A DNA stretch of 56,440 bases from a virus. Its lineage: Duplodnaviria; Caudoviricetes. Positions 10,846 through 20,252 of this stretch are shown one piece after another. The notes under the pieces are model-generated. The model was not told the origin of the DNA and made no database searches. It saw nothing but the letters and a program-made list of their open reading frames with translations. Made by a program: the position numbers and the translations under genes. The DNA lies in IMG/VR virus record IMGVR_UViG_3300036983_000059, positions 1 through 56,440 of that record. One strand, given 5' to 3'. Positions within the stretch are counted from its first letter, which is position 1, and each line of letters begins with the position of its first letter.

Positions 10846-11379
10846 ATGATAATAATTTTAGAAGGAGTTAACAGAGTTGGAAAAACTACTTTAGCACAAT
10901 ATTTGCAAAATAAATATAATATAACTTATTTTAACGATAGATGCTTTATAGATAATACTAGAAGCGATGTAAGCAGAGTAATGCAAGATATAAAAACAGC
11001 AACTATTGCAAACTTTAACTTGTTAAAGTGTTTGAAGGAAGATATAATAGTTGATAGATTCCATTTAACTGAATTTGTGTATGGCTATATGGATAGAAAT
11101 TATTATGCTGGATATTTTTATGATTTAGATGCTGAATTAAGTAAGATTGGCGCTAAATTAATCTTATTAACAGATGATATAAGTGAAATAAATAAAAGAG
11201 CATCAAGAAACATGATACAACACTTTACGATGATGAACAATGCATTTGATGCTAGCTTGATGAACAAAATTAAATATAATTTAGGTAAAGATGATTTGAA
11301 CAAATTAGTTGAATGGCTTGGGCTAAAACCTAATGAAACTAAAAGCTATGAAGAAGAACAAATTGCCATAATTAATTGA
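10846..11379 (+). CDS. Deoxynucleoside monophosphate kinase (thymidylate-kinase-like)
   Basis: IIILEGVNRVGKTT P-loop; IIVDRFHLTEFVYG...R. Confidence 0.85.
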   Translation: MIIILEGVNRVGKTTLAQYLQNKYNITYFNDRCFIDNTRSDVSRVMQDIKTATIANFNLLKCLKEDIIVDRFHLTEFVYGYMDRNYYAGYFYDLDAELSKIGAKLILLTDDISEINKRASRNMIQHFTMMNNAFDASLMNKIKYNLGKDDLNKLVEWLGLKPNETKSYEEEQIAIIN

Positions 11380-11398
11380 AAACAATAGGAGGCAATAA

Positions 11399-12334
11399 AT
11401 GAAAATTGGAATGTACAAAATTGGGAAAAAAATAATATTTGGAGATGAGCATGATGATAAAAATTGTTATGCTCATGAATTTATAACATTAGCAAAAATC
11501 TTTGTTAAATTTGGTCATGAAGTAGTAATACTTAGTGAAGTTGAGTTTTGCAAAGATTTTGGAATTAGAAAAGCAACTTCATTAGAAAATTTCGATATAA
11601 TTTATTTTTTAAGTGGTGGCTTAGAAGATAATTTATTTTTTACATTTACAAATTTAAGGCAAAGGTCTAGAAGAATTGGATTTATAATAACTGACTTAAG
11701 ATGTACTCTTGAAGATCGATTTTATCAATTCGTAGATAAAGTTTTTACACAATCTAATTTTAACATATCGGATATAAAAGCAATGCAAGGTTATAATGGA
11801 ATGCCACAATCAATATTTTTTGAAGAAGATCAATATAGTTTTTATAATAATGTAATACAAGATAAAACAAAAGAAATTGTTTTTGGTGGAACTGAAAGAA
11901 ACAGAACGCAACACTTTTGTGAATACGTTTATAGGCCTAATGTAGAGTTTTATGGCAAGTCAGATACATTTAATTTAAAAGATAATAGAGTTGGCTTTAA
12001 TGAGTTTGCGAAGGTGCTGAGAGGGGCAAAATATTCTATAATAATAGCCGATGATTATTATTATGAAAATGGCTTTGTAACTCAAAGGTATTGTGATTGC
12101 ATTTTAAATGATGTAATACCATTAGTTGATGAAAACTATGATTTTGGTGAAATTTTTATAAACAAATATGATTATAGAAGAGTTGCTAACTTTACTGATG
12201 TAATTGAAAAAATTAATACATTTAATAAAAATGATAATATTCGTATAGATATTTTGTTTAAACAAAAAGAAAAAATACCAAAATCTGCATTCACTGGAGA
12301 ACTAACAATTGGATGCTTAATGGATTGGAGATAA
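11399..12334 (+). CDS. bgt: DNA beta-glucosyltransferase homolog (T4 BGT-like, GT-B fold)
   Basis: Colinear matches to T4 BGT as recalled: FIITDLR (YLFTDIR, catalytic Asp); KTKEIVFGG..R (KTLDVIYGG..R); NVEFYG (NIEFFG); IIIAD..Y...FVTQR...LVDENYD (LIIGD..Y...FITLR...LIDEEFD). Confidence 0.8.
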   Translation: MKIGMYKIGKKIIFGDEHDDKNCYAHEFITLAKIFVKFGHEVVILSEVEFCKDFGIRKATSLENFDIIYFLSGGLEDNLFFTFTNLRQRSRRIGFIITDLRCTLEDRFYQFVDKVFTQSNFNISDIKAMQGYNGMPQSIFFEEDQYSFYNNVIQDKTKEIVFGGTERNRTQHFCEYVYRPNVEFYGKSDTFNLKDNRVGFNEFAKVLRGAKYSIIIADDYYYENGFVTQRYCDCILNDVIPLVDENYDFGEIFINKYDYRRVANFTDVIEKINTFNKNDNIRIDILFKQKEKIPKSAFTGELTIGCLMDWR

Positions 12335-12336
12335 AA

Positions 12337-13239
12337 ATGATAAAAGTAGAAACATTTGCTGAAGTGTATGAAAAAATGAGGCCATTGTTATTAAATGCTG
12401 ATGAAGTTTCTCCTAGAGGAATGAAAACGAAAGAAATTTTAAATGGTTCATTTTGCATAACTAACCCGAGAAGTAGATTAGTGTATCATAAAGATAGAAA
12501 GTTTAATTTAATTTATGCAATAGCAGAGTCGTTATTATTGTTTGACTCTAGCAATGAAGTAAAATATTATTCTTTCTTTAATCAAAAAATGTATGATTTT
12601 TCAGATGATGGGAAAACATTAAATGGCTGTTATGGCAAAAGAGTTAATCACTTGATTAGTAGATTTGTTGATAAGTTAAAAAATGATAAAGATACTCGTC
12701 AAGCAATTTTAACAATATATTGTAATGATTTCAAAAGTAAAACAAAAGATACTCCATGCACGTTAAACTTGCATTGTATGATTAGAAATAATAAGTTAAA
12801 TTTACATGTATATATGAGATCAAACGATTTTATATGGGGAACTCAATATGATGTATTTAATTTTACAATGTTTCAAGAAGTAATTGCAAATGAACTTGGA
12901 ATTGATGTTGGCGAATATTATCACACAGCAAGTTCATTACACGTTTATGAGCAACACTTTGAAATGTTAGAAAATATTGAAAAAGTAGAACAAATAGATT
13001 TTGTAAATCCATGCAAAATATATGAAATGAGATCAGCAGCGTTATTAATGAAAATGAAAATTGATGGAATTGTTGGAGCAACTATTGAGCATAGAAATAA
13101 GTTTGTTAGAATGATAACAAATGAGATGAGATATAAAAAGAAACAAACGGTAAAAGAGTTAGAAAATGATTTAATGTTTGCAAAAAACTTTGTCAAAAGA
13201 TGGTACAAGGATGGAGATGAAAAAAATGTCATTTTGTAA
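12337..13239 (+). CDS. Thymidylate-synthase-fold enzyme, dCMP hydroxymethylase type
   Basis: DTRQA, catalytic TPCT, MRSNDFIWGTQYD, SLHVYE. Asp stands at the base-specificity position where ThyA has Asn. Confidence 0.8.
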   Translation: MIKVETFAEVYEKMRPLLLNADEVSPRGMKTKEILNGSFCITNPRSRLVYHKDRKFNLIYAIAESLLLFDSSNEVKYYSFFNQKMYDFSDDGKTLNGCYGKRVNHLISRFVDKLKNDKDTRQAILTIYCNDFKSKTKDTPCTLNLHCMIRNNKLNLHVYMRSNDFIWGTQYDVFNFTMFQEVIANELGIDVGEYYHTASSLHVYEQHFEMLENIEKVEQIDFVNPCKIYEMRSAALLMKMKIDGIVGATIEHRNKFVRMITNEMRYKKKQTVKELENDLMFAKNFVKRWYKDGDEKNVIL

Positions 13240-15853
13240 TAATCATCGGCATGATCAATACTCTACTTTTGACGGATTTGGAACGCCAAAGAATGCTGCT
13301 AAGTATGCTAAAGAATTAGGTCAAACTGCTCTTGGAATTGCAAATCATGGGAATGTTAATGGAATAATAGATCATTACTTCGCTTGCAAGGAAGTGGGAA
13401 TAAAGCCAATACTTGGCGTTGAAGCATATTTTCAACCAAAGTTTGATAAAGAAAAGAAAAATAGTCACTTATGCCTATACGCTCAAAACAAAATAGGTTA
13501 TTCCAATATTATGAAAATAATTTCGAAAGCCAATGAATGTAATTTTTATAGATATCCAGTTGTAGATTTTGATCTCTTAGAGCAACACAATGAAGGAGTA
13601 ATAGCAACTTCTGCTTGTGTTGCTGGATATATTCCAAGATTATTGGAAGCAAAAAAATTTGATGTTGCAGAAAAAGCTCTTATTAAATTTAAAACTATTT
13701 TTAAGAATAGATTCTTTTTAGAAGTAATGTCAATAGAAATAACAGATGATGGACTTCAAAAAAGATCTAATGAAGCAATAATTAAATTAGGCAAAAAGCA
13801 TAAAGTGCCTATAATTTTAACTTGTGATAGTCATTTTATAGAGAAAGATGATTATGATAGCTATTTAATAATGCATGCAATTGGTAATAAAACTCCTTAT
13901 GGAGATTATTCAAAAAAGTATATGCCTTCTGAAAAAGAAGTTTTATCACAGTTTAAACAAATGCATGGTTATTCAGGTCAAGAATTTGCTGACAACACGC
14001 AAAAGATAGCAGATATGTGTGAAGATGATTATTTACATTTTGATGAGATGATCACAAAGCTTGATTGGGGAAAACCATCTAAAGAAAAACTAAAAGAATT
14101 AGCAGTTAAAAGTTTAAAAAAGCAAAATAAATTTAGTGATGTTTACAAAGCTAGATTAAAGAAAGAACTAGAAACAATATTTGGGCTTGGATTTGAAGAT
14201 TATTTTTTATTATGCTATGACATTATAAAATTTGCAATTGATTCAAATATAGCAATTGGAAAAGGCAGAGGCTCAGTGTGTGGAAGTCTATTAGCATATT
14301 CATTAGGATTAACTGATGTTGATCCAATAATATTAGGAACAATGTTTGAAAGATTTTTAAGGCCTGATAAAAAGAAAATGCCTGATATTGATATGGACTT
14401 TGGTCAAGATAGACGTGGAGAAGTAATTGAATATGTAATGAATAAACACAAAGGGAAAGCAGCACAAATAGCAACATTTGGGTATTATAAAGTAAAAAAT
14501 TTAGCAAATGATTTAGCAAAAGTATTCAAAATGGAAAAACAAGAGATTGTATTATTTAAACACATCTTAGAGTTAAAAGTAGGAGAAAAAGAATCAGTAG
14601 ATTTTAATTATTTAATAAAAGACATAAACTTAAAGACATTAAACTCAAAATACAAAAACATAGTGAAGCATTTTTCTAAATTATATGGTCAAATTCGCTT
14701 CATAGGAAAGCATGCAGCTGGTGTAGCAATAACAGTTGATGACATAACAAATTACACAGCAGTTATAAGATCTTCTGGAGGATTTCAAACAGCCTTTGAT
14801 TTAAATTGCTTAGGCAAAATAAATGTTTTAAAAATGGATATATTAGGATTAACCACAGCTTCAGCCATACATGAAGCAGAACAAATGGCTGGAACAGAGT
14901 TTTCATATGATATGTTAGAAGATGAAGAGCTTTTAGAAGAGTTTAGAAATGGCAATACAAATGGAATTTTTCAGTTTGAAAAAGAATCCGCAAAAGATAT
15001 TTTAAGAAAAATAAATGTTGAAACAATACAAGACGTAATTTCAGCAAGTGCATTAAATAGACCCGCTCCAATTCAATTAGGTGTATTAGATAAATTTATA
15101 GATGCAAAAATAAATGGAAATATAGACAAGAAAGCTGCTTGGTATAAATATACTAAAGATACTTATGGAACTATAATATACCAAGAACATGTAATGAAAA
15201 TTTGCAGAGGGTTAGCAAAAATGGAATGGAATGACGTTGATAAAATAATGAAAAATTTAAGAACAGGAAATGAAGAAGGAATTGATCCTCTTGAAATAAA
15301 ATTTATTGAAGGAGCTAAAGAACATTCAGGAATGTCAAGGAAAGAAGCAAAAAAATTATATGAGTCAATGACATTATATTTGTTTAATAAAGGGCATGGG
15401 GCTGGCTATGGTTTATTATCTTTTTATCAAATGCATTTAAAACATTATCACCCTTTAGAGTTTTGGTATGCAATGTTAAAATTTGAAAGTGATGATATAA
15501 AACGAGATATTTATAAGAGTTGTGCAGTTCAAGGAGGAGTTGTTTTGTTATTGCCTCATGTTAATGGTAAAGCAGAATATTCAATTTCAAAGCTGCAAGG
15601 AGATGAAGTTGTTCAAGAGGGGTTGTCTTCAATAAAAAATGTAGGATTAAAATCTGCTAAAGAAATAGAAAGACTTGGTCCGTTCAAAGACAAAGCAGAC
15701 TTTTTAGCAAAAGTTCCGAAAAGAGCAGCAAACTCAAGAGTTGTACAAGCGTTAGAAGATGCAGGAGCCCTAGAGTTTGATAGAAAAAGATTTTTAAACA
15801 GAACAATAAGATGGAACTCGTCTTTAAACAATAGACAAATCAAAGTTTGGTAA
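13226..15853 (+). CDS. dnaE: DNA polymerase III alpha subunit (DnaE-like)
   Basis: PHP domain (HRHDQYSTFDG, IKPILGVEAY, DSHF); GRGS..GSL; FERFL; MPDIDMDF; KMDILGL; IFQFE; IIYQE; FNKGH. Confidence 0.95.
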   Translation: MSFCNNHRHDQYSTFDGFGTPKNAAKYAKELGQTALGIANHGNVNGIIDHYFACKEVGIKPILGVEAYFQPKFDKEKKNSHLCLYAQNKIGYSNIMKIISKANECNFYRYPVVDFDLLEQHNEGVIATSACVAGYIPRLLEAKKFDVAEKALIKFKTIFKNRFFLEVMSIEITDDGLQKRSNEAIIKLGKKHKVPIILTCDSHFIEKDDYDSYLIMHAIGNKTPYGDYSKKYMPSEKEVLSQFKQMHGYSGQEFADNTQKIADMCEDDYLHFDEMITKLDWGKPSKEKLKELAVKSLKKQNKFSDVYKARLKKELETIFGLGFEDYFLLCYDIIKFAIDSNIAIGKGRGSVCGSLLAYSLGLTDVDPIILGTMFERFLRPDKKKMPDIDMDFGQDRRGEVIEYVMNKHKGKAAQIATFGYYKVKNLANDLAKVFKMEKQEIVLFKHILELKVGEKESVDFNYLIKDINLKTLNSKYKNIVKHFSKLYGQIRFIGKHAAGVAITVDDITNYTAVIRSSGGFQTAFDLNCLGKINVLKMDILGLTTASAIHEAEQMAGTEFSYDMLEDEELLEEFRNGNTNGIFQFEKESAKDILRKINVETIQDVISASALNRPAPIQLGVLDKFIDAKINGNIDKKAAWYKYTKDTYGTIIYQEHVMKICRGLAKMEWNDVDKIMKNLRTGNEEGIDPLEIKFIEGAKEHSGMSRKEAKKLYESMTLYLFNKGHGAGYGLLSFYQMHLKHYHPLEFWYAMLKFESDDIKRDIYKSCAVQGGVVLLLPHVNGKAEYSISKLQGDEVVQEGLSSIKNVGLKSAKEIERLGPFKDKADFLAKVPKRAANSRVVQALEDAGALEFDRKRFLNRTIRWNSSLNNRQIKVW

Positions 15854-15889
15854 ACTAGAAACACTAGAAGACTAATGATTAAAAGTTTA

Positions 15890-15918
15890 TTTACATTTAA
15901 TAATAAATATTATATAAT
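15890..15918 (+). promoter_or_regulatory. sigmaA-like promoter upstream of recA
   Basis: TTTACA-17 bp-TATAAT. Confidence 0.7.
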
Positions 15919-15961
15919 AAATTTGAATTAGAAAAGAGACTTTTAGAAATAGGAGGAATAT

Positions 15962-16888
15962 ATGGCAAAAGTTGATAAAGCCAAAATATTAGAAGCAATG
16001 AAATCTATAGAAAAGCAATATGGGCAAGGATCAATATTTACGCTTGATTCACAAAAAGCTGTAATGAATATAAAAAGATGGTCAACTGGAATAGATGATT
16101 TAGATGAAATCCTTGGCGGAGGAATGCCAGAGGGAAGAATAATAGAAGTGTTTGGACCAGAAAGTTCAGGCAAAACATCAATTGCTTATCATTTATTAGC
16201 TCAGCATGAATTGGCTTTAGATATTCCAATTGAGGGAACATTTGATGCTGAAAGGGCTAAGGCCTTTGGAAACAAAAAAGGTCAACTTGTAGTTAGAAGA
16301 GCTGAGTGTGGCGAAGAAGTAATAGAAATTGGAATGAAATTCTCAGCAGCAGGCTGTCCAATATGTGTTGTAGATTCAGTTCCTTCTATGATAACAAGAA
16401 AAGAGTTTGAAGAAGATGATTATGAAAAAGAAGGACAAAGAGGTAGAATTGCAGCTTTACTTTCAAGACAATTGCCAAAATTAGTACATGCTTGTGAAAA
16501 ATCTGGAACATCATTTATTTTCATAAATCAAGTAAGGGATAAAATGGATGCAATGTTATTTGGAGAAAAAACAACAACTCCAGGTGGTCGTGCACTTAGA
16601 CATTATTGCAGTATACGATTGCAAGTTGGCAGAAAAGCTTGGATCAAAATACCTAATAAAGATCCTAGAAACTCCTCTAACGAAAGAGTTGTTGGTCTGA
16701 TAATGAAAATAAAAGTTATAAAAAGTAAAATATGTAACCCTCTTGGCGAATGCGAAGTGCCAATGTTTTTCCATAAAGGGTTCGTAAAACATGAAGAAAT
16801 AAAACAAATACGATTGGAAATGATGAATGCTCAAAAAGGAGGAAAACTAAATGCTAAAGAAAGAGATAACGAAGAAGACGAAGATTAG
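15962..16888 (+). CDS. recA: RecA-family recombinase
   Basis: IEKQYGQGSI, STG..LD..LGGG.PEGRIIEVFGPESSGKT, VVDSV, FINQVRDK, TTPGGRALRHY. Confidence 0.93.
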   Translation: MAKVDKAKILEAMKSIEKQYGQGSIFTLDSQKAVMNIKRWSTGIDDLDEILGGGMPEGRIIEVFGPESSGKTSIAYHLLAQHELALDIPIEGTFDAERAKAFGNKKGQLVVRRAECGEEVIEIGMKFSAAGCPICVVDSVPSMITRKEFEEDDYEKEGQRGRIAALLSRQLPKLVHACEKSGTSFIFINQVRDKMDAMLFGEKTTTPGGRALRHYCSIRLQVGRKAWIKIPNKDPRNSSNERVVGLIMKIKVIKSKICNPLGECEVPMFFHKGFVKHEEIKQIRLEMMNAQKGGKLNAKERDNEEDED

Positions 16889-17648
16889 CAAAAATCTGAA
16901 AGATGTTATAGTTTGCCAAGAATCAGATGGCGATACTAGGCCTCTTTTGTTTAAAAGCAAATTTGAGCAATTAATAGTTAAAGATAGTGAAATGAGAGCT
17001 GAAAGAGGGGGATTGCATGCCTCTAGTATAATAGCAGCAGAAGATGATTTTTGCTATAGAGAGCATGTTTTAAGTTTCTTTTACAAGAAAAATAAAGTTA
17101 GGCTCCCAGCAGGATTATTAAGAATCTTTGCAGCTGGGGAATCTATACACGAGAAATGGCAAAGGTTATTCGTAAAACACGGCTTAGCGGAAGAAAAAGA
17201 TATCGAATGCAGAAAGCATGTTGAAAAGTTTGATCTATATATGACTCCAGACGCTAAGATAAAAGTTGGAGATAAAAAAGTAATTGTTGAAATAAAATCA
17301 ATGAGTACGTGGCAATTTCAAAAAGTAAATACACATCCATCCGGAGCAAAACAATGTAGATTTTACTTATATTTTCATCAAGATTTCGATTATGGAATAG
17401 TTTTAATGGAAGATAAAAACAACCAAGATATAAAAGTTCAAATAATAGAAAGGGACGATGAACAAGTTGAGCCGTTTATTGAAAGATTAATTTTAATAAA
17501 AAGGCATAAAAAAGTTTTCGAAAAAGATAAAAAAGCTCCAGAAAGAAAATGCAAAAATGCAGATACGAAAAGAGCACAAGGGTGCTGCATGAGAGAGGCT
17601 TGTTTTGGTATAAAGAGGGAAAAGCTAAATAAAGAGGCTATTATATGA
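16851..17648 (+). CDS. Cas4/AddB-like PD-(D/E)xK exonuclease
   Basis: One N-terminal Cys (FCYRE), GESIHE, TPD...VEIKS, Q...Y, and a C-terminal Cys cluster consistent with an Fe-S staple. Confidence 0.8.
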   Translation: MLKKEITKKTKISKNLKDVIVCQESDGDTRPLLFKSKFEQLIVKDSEMRAERGGLHASSIIAAEDDFCYREHVLSFFYKKNKVRLPAGLLRIFAAGESIHEKWQRLFVKHGLAEEKDIECRKHVEKFDLYMTPDAKIKVGDKKVIVEIKSMSTWQFQKVNTHPSGAKQCRFYLYFHQDFDYGIVLMEDKNNQDIKVQIIERDDEQVEPFIERLILIKRHKKVFEKDKKAPERKCKNADTKRAQGCCMREACFGIKREKLNKEAII

Positions 17649-18184
17649 TATGCATAGGAATTGATCAAAGTTATACCGATACAGGAATTGCTATAAGCAT
17701 AGATGGTGCTATAAAGTATTATACAAATGAAAACTTTAAGGGTTGCCAAAATAGAACTGAAAAAAGAAAAAAAATAAAAGATAGATTAGAAAAAATTATA
17801 AAAAAGTGTACAAGCAAGTCGGACAATGTTATAATAATTTTAGAAAGGATTAGGACATTTACAAGCGGAAGCCAATTGCTTCCCAATTACTTAAAAATGA
17901 CAGGGGCTTTAATTTCAGTAATAGTGGATTTAGCATATGATTATGAAATTAAAGTATATTCGGTAGATACGAGAGCATGGAAATCTAAAATAGTAGGAAA
18001 AGCAAATTCAAAAGGTAAAGATAAAAAGCTAGAAACAATAGAGTTTGTTAAAAATAAATACAATATTGATGTATCGCAAATAAACTCTAAAGGGAAAGTA
18101 AAGCAAAATGACAATATTGCAGATGCAATTTGTATTAGTTTGTATGGATTTATAAAAAATCCAAAATTAAATTTAGAAGAGTAA
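17645..18184 (+). CDS. RuvC-like Holliday junction resolvase
   Basis: IGIDQS...TGIA, IILE, WKSKIVGK, DNIADAICI. Confidence 0.8.
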   Translation: MICIGIDQSYTDTGIAISIDGAIKYYTNENFKGCQNRTEKRKKIKDRLEKIIKKCTSKSDNVIIILERIRTFTSGSQLLPNYLKMTGALISVIVDLAYDYEIKVYSVDTRAWKSKIVGKANSKGKDKKLETIEFVKNKYNIDVSQINSKGKVKQNDNIADAICISLYGFIKNPKLNLEE

Positions 18185-18194
18185 ATGGAGAATT

Positions 18195-18530
18195 ATGAAA
18201 AAACGAAATTCAAAATTTTATTTTAAAAATGAAAAAAAAGTAATGACTAAATTAGGCTTTACTCCAACAAAAGGATCAGGATCAAGATGGCTTGAAAAAG
18301 AAGATGGAGAAAGTGAATATTTTATTGCTCAGCTCAAAACCACAGAGCGTGAGTCAATAACAATTAAAAAAGATGATTTAAAGCAATTAATTTATCATGC
18401 TAATGTATCTCATAAGATTCCAGTTTTTGTATTAGAATTTTTAAAAGAGTATCAGTTATTATGCGTGCAAGTAGATGATATAGATGAGTTTTTAGAAAAA
18501 ATGAGCAAAAGCGAAGAGGAGGATATATAG
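18195..18530 (+). CDS. Hjc-like PD-(D/E)xK nuclease/resolvase
   Basis: EKKV...GSGS....KED....FIAQLKTT...SITIK...KIPVFVLEF. Confidence 0.65.
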   Translation: MKKRNSKFYFKNEKKVMTKLGFTPTKGSGSRWLEKEDGESEYFIAQLKTTERESITIKKDDLKQLIYHANVSHKIPVFVLEFLKEYQLLCVQVDDIDEFLEKMSKSEEEDI

Positions 18531-18531
18531 C

Positions 18532-18834
18532 ATGGGGCTAGTTAAAATTAATAAAAGCTTTTATGTTGATCTAGATAAGCATAATAAAACGTTACATGAG
18601 GTGAGATTTAGCAAGAAAAGACAAAAAGAAATTGATAGTATAAGAGGGCATTTTAAAAACTGGACTGGAGTTATGAATGCAATCCTTGAAATAACCATAA
18701 ATAGAAAAGTAGAGTTAAAAGAAGAAGTAACTTTAAAAGAGTTAATACAAATAACAGAAGAATCAACCAATAAAATAAATAACTTCTGTAAAGAAAATTT
18801 AGATAAAAAGGTAAAAATAGCAAATGAGAAATGA
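18532..18834 (+). CDS. Hypothetical protein
   Basis: GAGGAGG RBS; tight operon spacing. Confidence 0.55.
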   Translation: MGLVKINKSFYVDLDKHNKTLHEVRFSKKRQKEIDSIRGHFKNWTGVMNAILEITINRKVELKEEVTLKELIQITEESTNKINNFCKENLDKKVKIANEK

Positions 18835-18969
18835 AACTGAGATAAAAGCAAAAATAGAAGAGCTTTTTAAGAAATTAAAGAAGAAATCGTAAAAACAAAT
18901 AAAATAACTTGTGTATCAACATCAAGCAAAATTAGAATTTTAAATTGGGTTTTGGGCGATGAAGAATAG
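18824..18969 (+). pseudogene. Small phage gene broken by a 1-nt frameshift near 18869
   Basis: MRNETEIKAKIEELF in one frame continues as EIKEEIV...KIRILNWVLGDEE* in the -1 frame; adding one A restores a 48-aa ORF. Confidence 0.5.
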
Positions 18970-18994
18970 CATAAAATTTAAAGGAGAAATATTT

Positions 18995-19354
18995 ATGAAA
19001 TTAAAGATTGTAGGAACATGTGAAGGAGTAGCAATAAAAAAGAATGGGCTTTCAACTATTAAGTTTAAAAGCTCAATTTTAGAATTAGCAGACTGCATAA
19101 AAACTTTACAAACAATTCAGCACGAAGTAGTAATTGGAGTTAAGTATAAAGATGAAGATGATAAAGAAATATCAATTAAGATTGGCAAAATGATGTTTGA
19201 TAATTTAGCTATAGACAAGCACGGGGAATGTGTATTAAGATTTTTGTCAGATGAGAATTCGCATGATTTTTCTAGAATAAATGAAATTTGCGAAAAAGAA
19301 ATTGATATTTATATAATTGATAAACTAATAAAAGAAGAAGGCCAAAGCGATTAA
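18995..19354 (+). CDS. Hypothetical protein
   Basis: AAGGAG RBS before ATG 18995. Confidence 0.6.
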   Translation: MKLKIVGTCEGVAIKKNGLSTIKFKSSILELADCIKTLQTIQHEVVIGVKYKDEDDKEISIKIGKMMFDNLAIDKHGECVLRFLSDENSHDFSRINEICEKEIDIYIIDKLIKEEGQSD

Positions 19355-19363
19355 GGAGAAATT

Positions 19364-19636
19364 ATGGGTAAATTTTTAGAGTTAGAAAAAGTAAAAATAG
19401 AAGATAACAAGAATTTAGTTTTCAGTGTAACAGATGAAGGAAAAATTTCGATAGCCCAACAATTGGTAGTAAAAGATGGAAATAGAGAAATGAATTTGTT
19501 TTTAAAAAATTCAGTAGTTGTTGACATTAATAGGCTTAGCGATATTTATAAAGCAATTGAAAATGTTATAAATAAACTTAGCGACAATAACAATGTTATG
19601 CGAGAGGCTCCAGGTGAATCTAGATTTAAAAAATAA
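19364..19636 (+). CDS. Hypothetical protein
   Basis: AAGGAG RBS. Confidence 0.6.
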   Translation: MGKFLELEKVKIEDNKNLVFSVTDEGKISIAQQLVVKDGNREMNLFLKNSVVVDINRLSDIYKAIENVINKLSDNNNVMREAPGESRFKK

Positions 19637-19708
19637 ACAAAAACAATATAATGATAAGGCTTTTAACTAAATGTAAGATATAAGCCTTTTAAAGGCAAAG
19701 TAGGCAGC

Positions 19709-19769
19709 TAAAAAATATTTTAATTATTTTATAAAAAGTTGTTTACTTTTCCTGCATTTAGGATATAAT
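19709..19769 (+). promoter_or_regulatory. sigmaA-like promoter
   Basis: TTTACT 19742-19747, TATAAT 19764-19769, AT-rich upstream block. Confidence 0.7.
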
Positions 19770-19820
19770 AGGATTATAGAAAAAAACAACTCGAAAACAA
19801 TAAGTTAAGGAGAAAACAAA

Positions 19821-20006
19821 ATGAAAAAATTATTTAAAGTAGAATTGGGCATGTGGGTAGAAATTAAATTAGATTTTAATTGGATTTTAGGAAATATAGT
19901 TGATATTTCAAAAGACGGAAAAACATTGCATATTGAAACGCATGAAGATACTTACAAAATAAACAGACTTACAGAAGCAGAAATAATAAGAAAAGTAGAA
20001 ATGTAA
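19821..20006 (+). CDS. Small hypothetical protein
   Basis: AAGGAG RBS; downstream of a promoter. Confidence 0.55.
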   Translation: MKKLFKVELGMWVEIKLDFNWILGNIVDISKDGKTLHIETHEDTYKINRLTEAEIIRKVEM

Positions 20007-20101
20007 TTGCTTAAAATTTAGGGTTGTGAAATTGAATCACATTAAATTGAATTGAAAGGACTCATTCAAGCCTTAACTATAATGTAAAATAATCAATTTT
20101 T

Positions 20102-20216
20102 TCTGAATTTATCTTAATGGTTAGATGCCTTGTATGCATTGAGTTTTTAAATTTAACCTAATTACGTTAAATGTAATGTATGCATGGCCGTATAGGTTCG
20201 AATCCTATAATTCAGA
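20102..20216 (+). ncRNA. tRNA-like RNA 1 with an extended hairpin replacing the anticodon arm
   Basis: Acceptor TCTGAATT/AATTCAGA; D-arm TCT-TAATGGTT-AGA; T-arm ATAGG-TTCGAAT-CCTAT; about 62-nt paired arm at 20127-20188. Confidence 0.75.
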
Positions 20217-20252
20217 AATAAAATATATTAAAAATAAAAAGGAGAAAATTAA

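Noticed and set aside
12337-13239. Ordinary thymidylate synthase or dUMP hydroxymethylase
   Set aside because: Asp rather than Asn at the specificity position and the adjacent BGT homolog favour a dCMP substrate.
16851-17648. Cas4-like gene as evidence of a CRISPR system
   Set aside because: No repeat-spacer array or other cas genes; it sits in a RecA/resolvase recombination operon.
19600-19690. AAGGCTT...AAGCCTT hairpin resembling the 33385 inverted repeat
   Set aside because: Similarity is limited to a few bases and could be chance.
20020-20075. Small multi-stem fold upstream of tRNA-like RNA 1, possible ribozyme
   Set aside because: Stems are short and AT-rich, and I could not identify hammerhead or HDV/theta core motifs.
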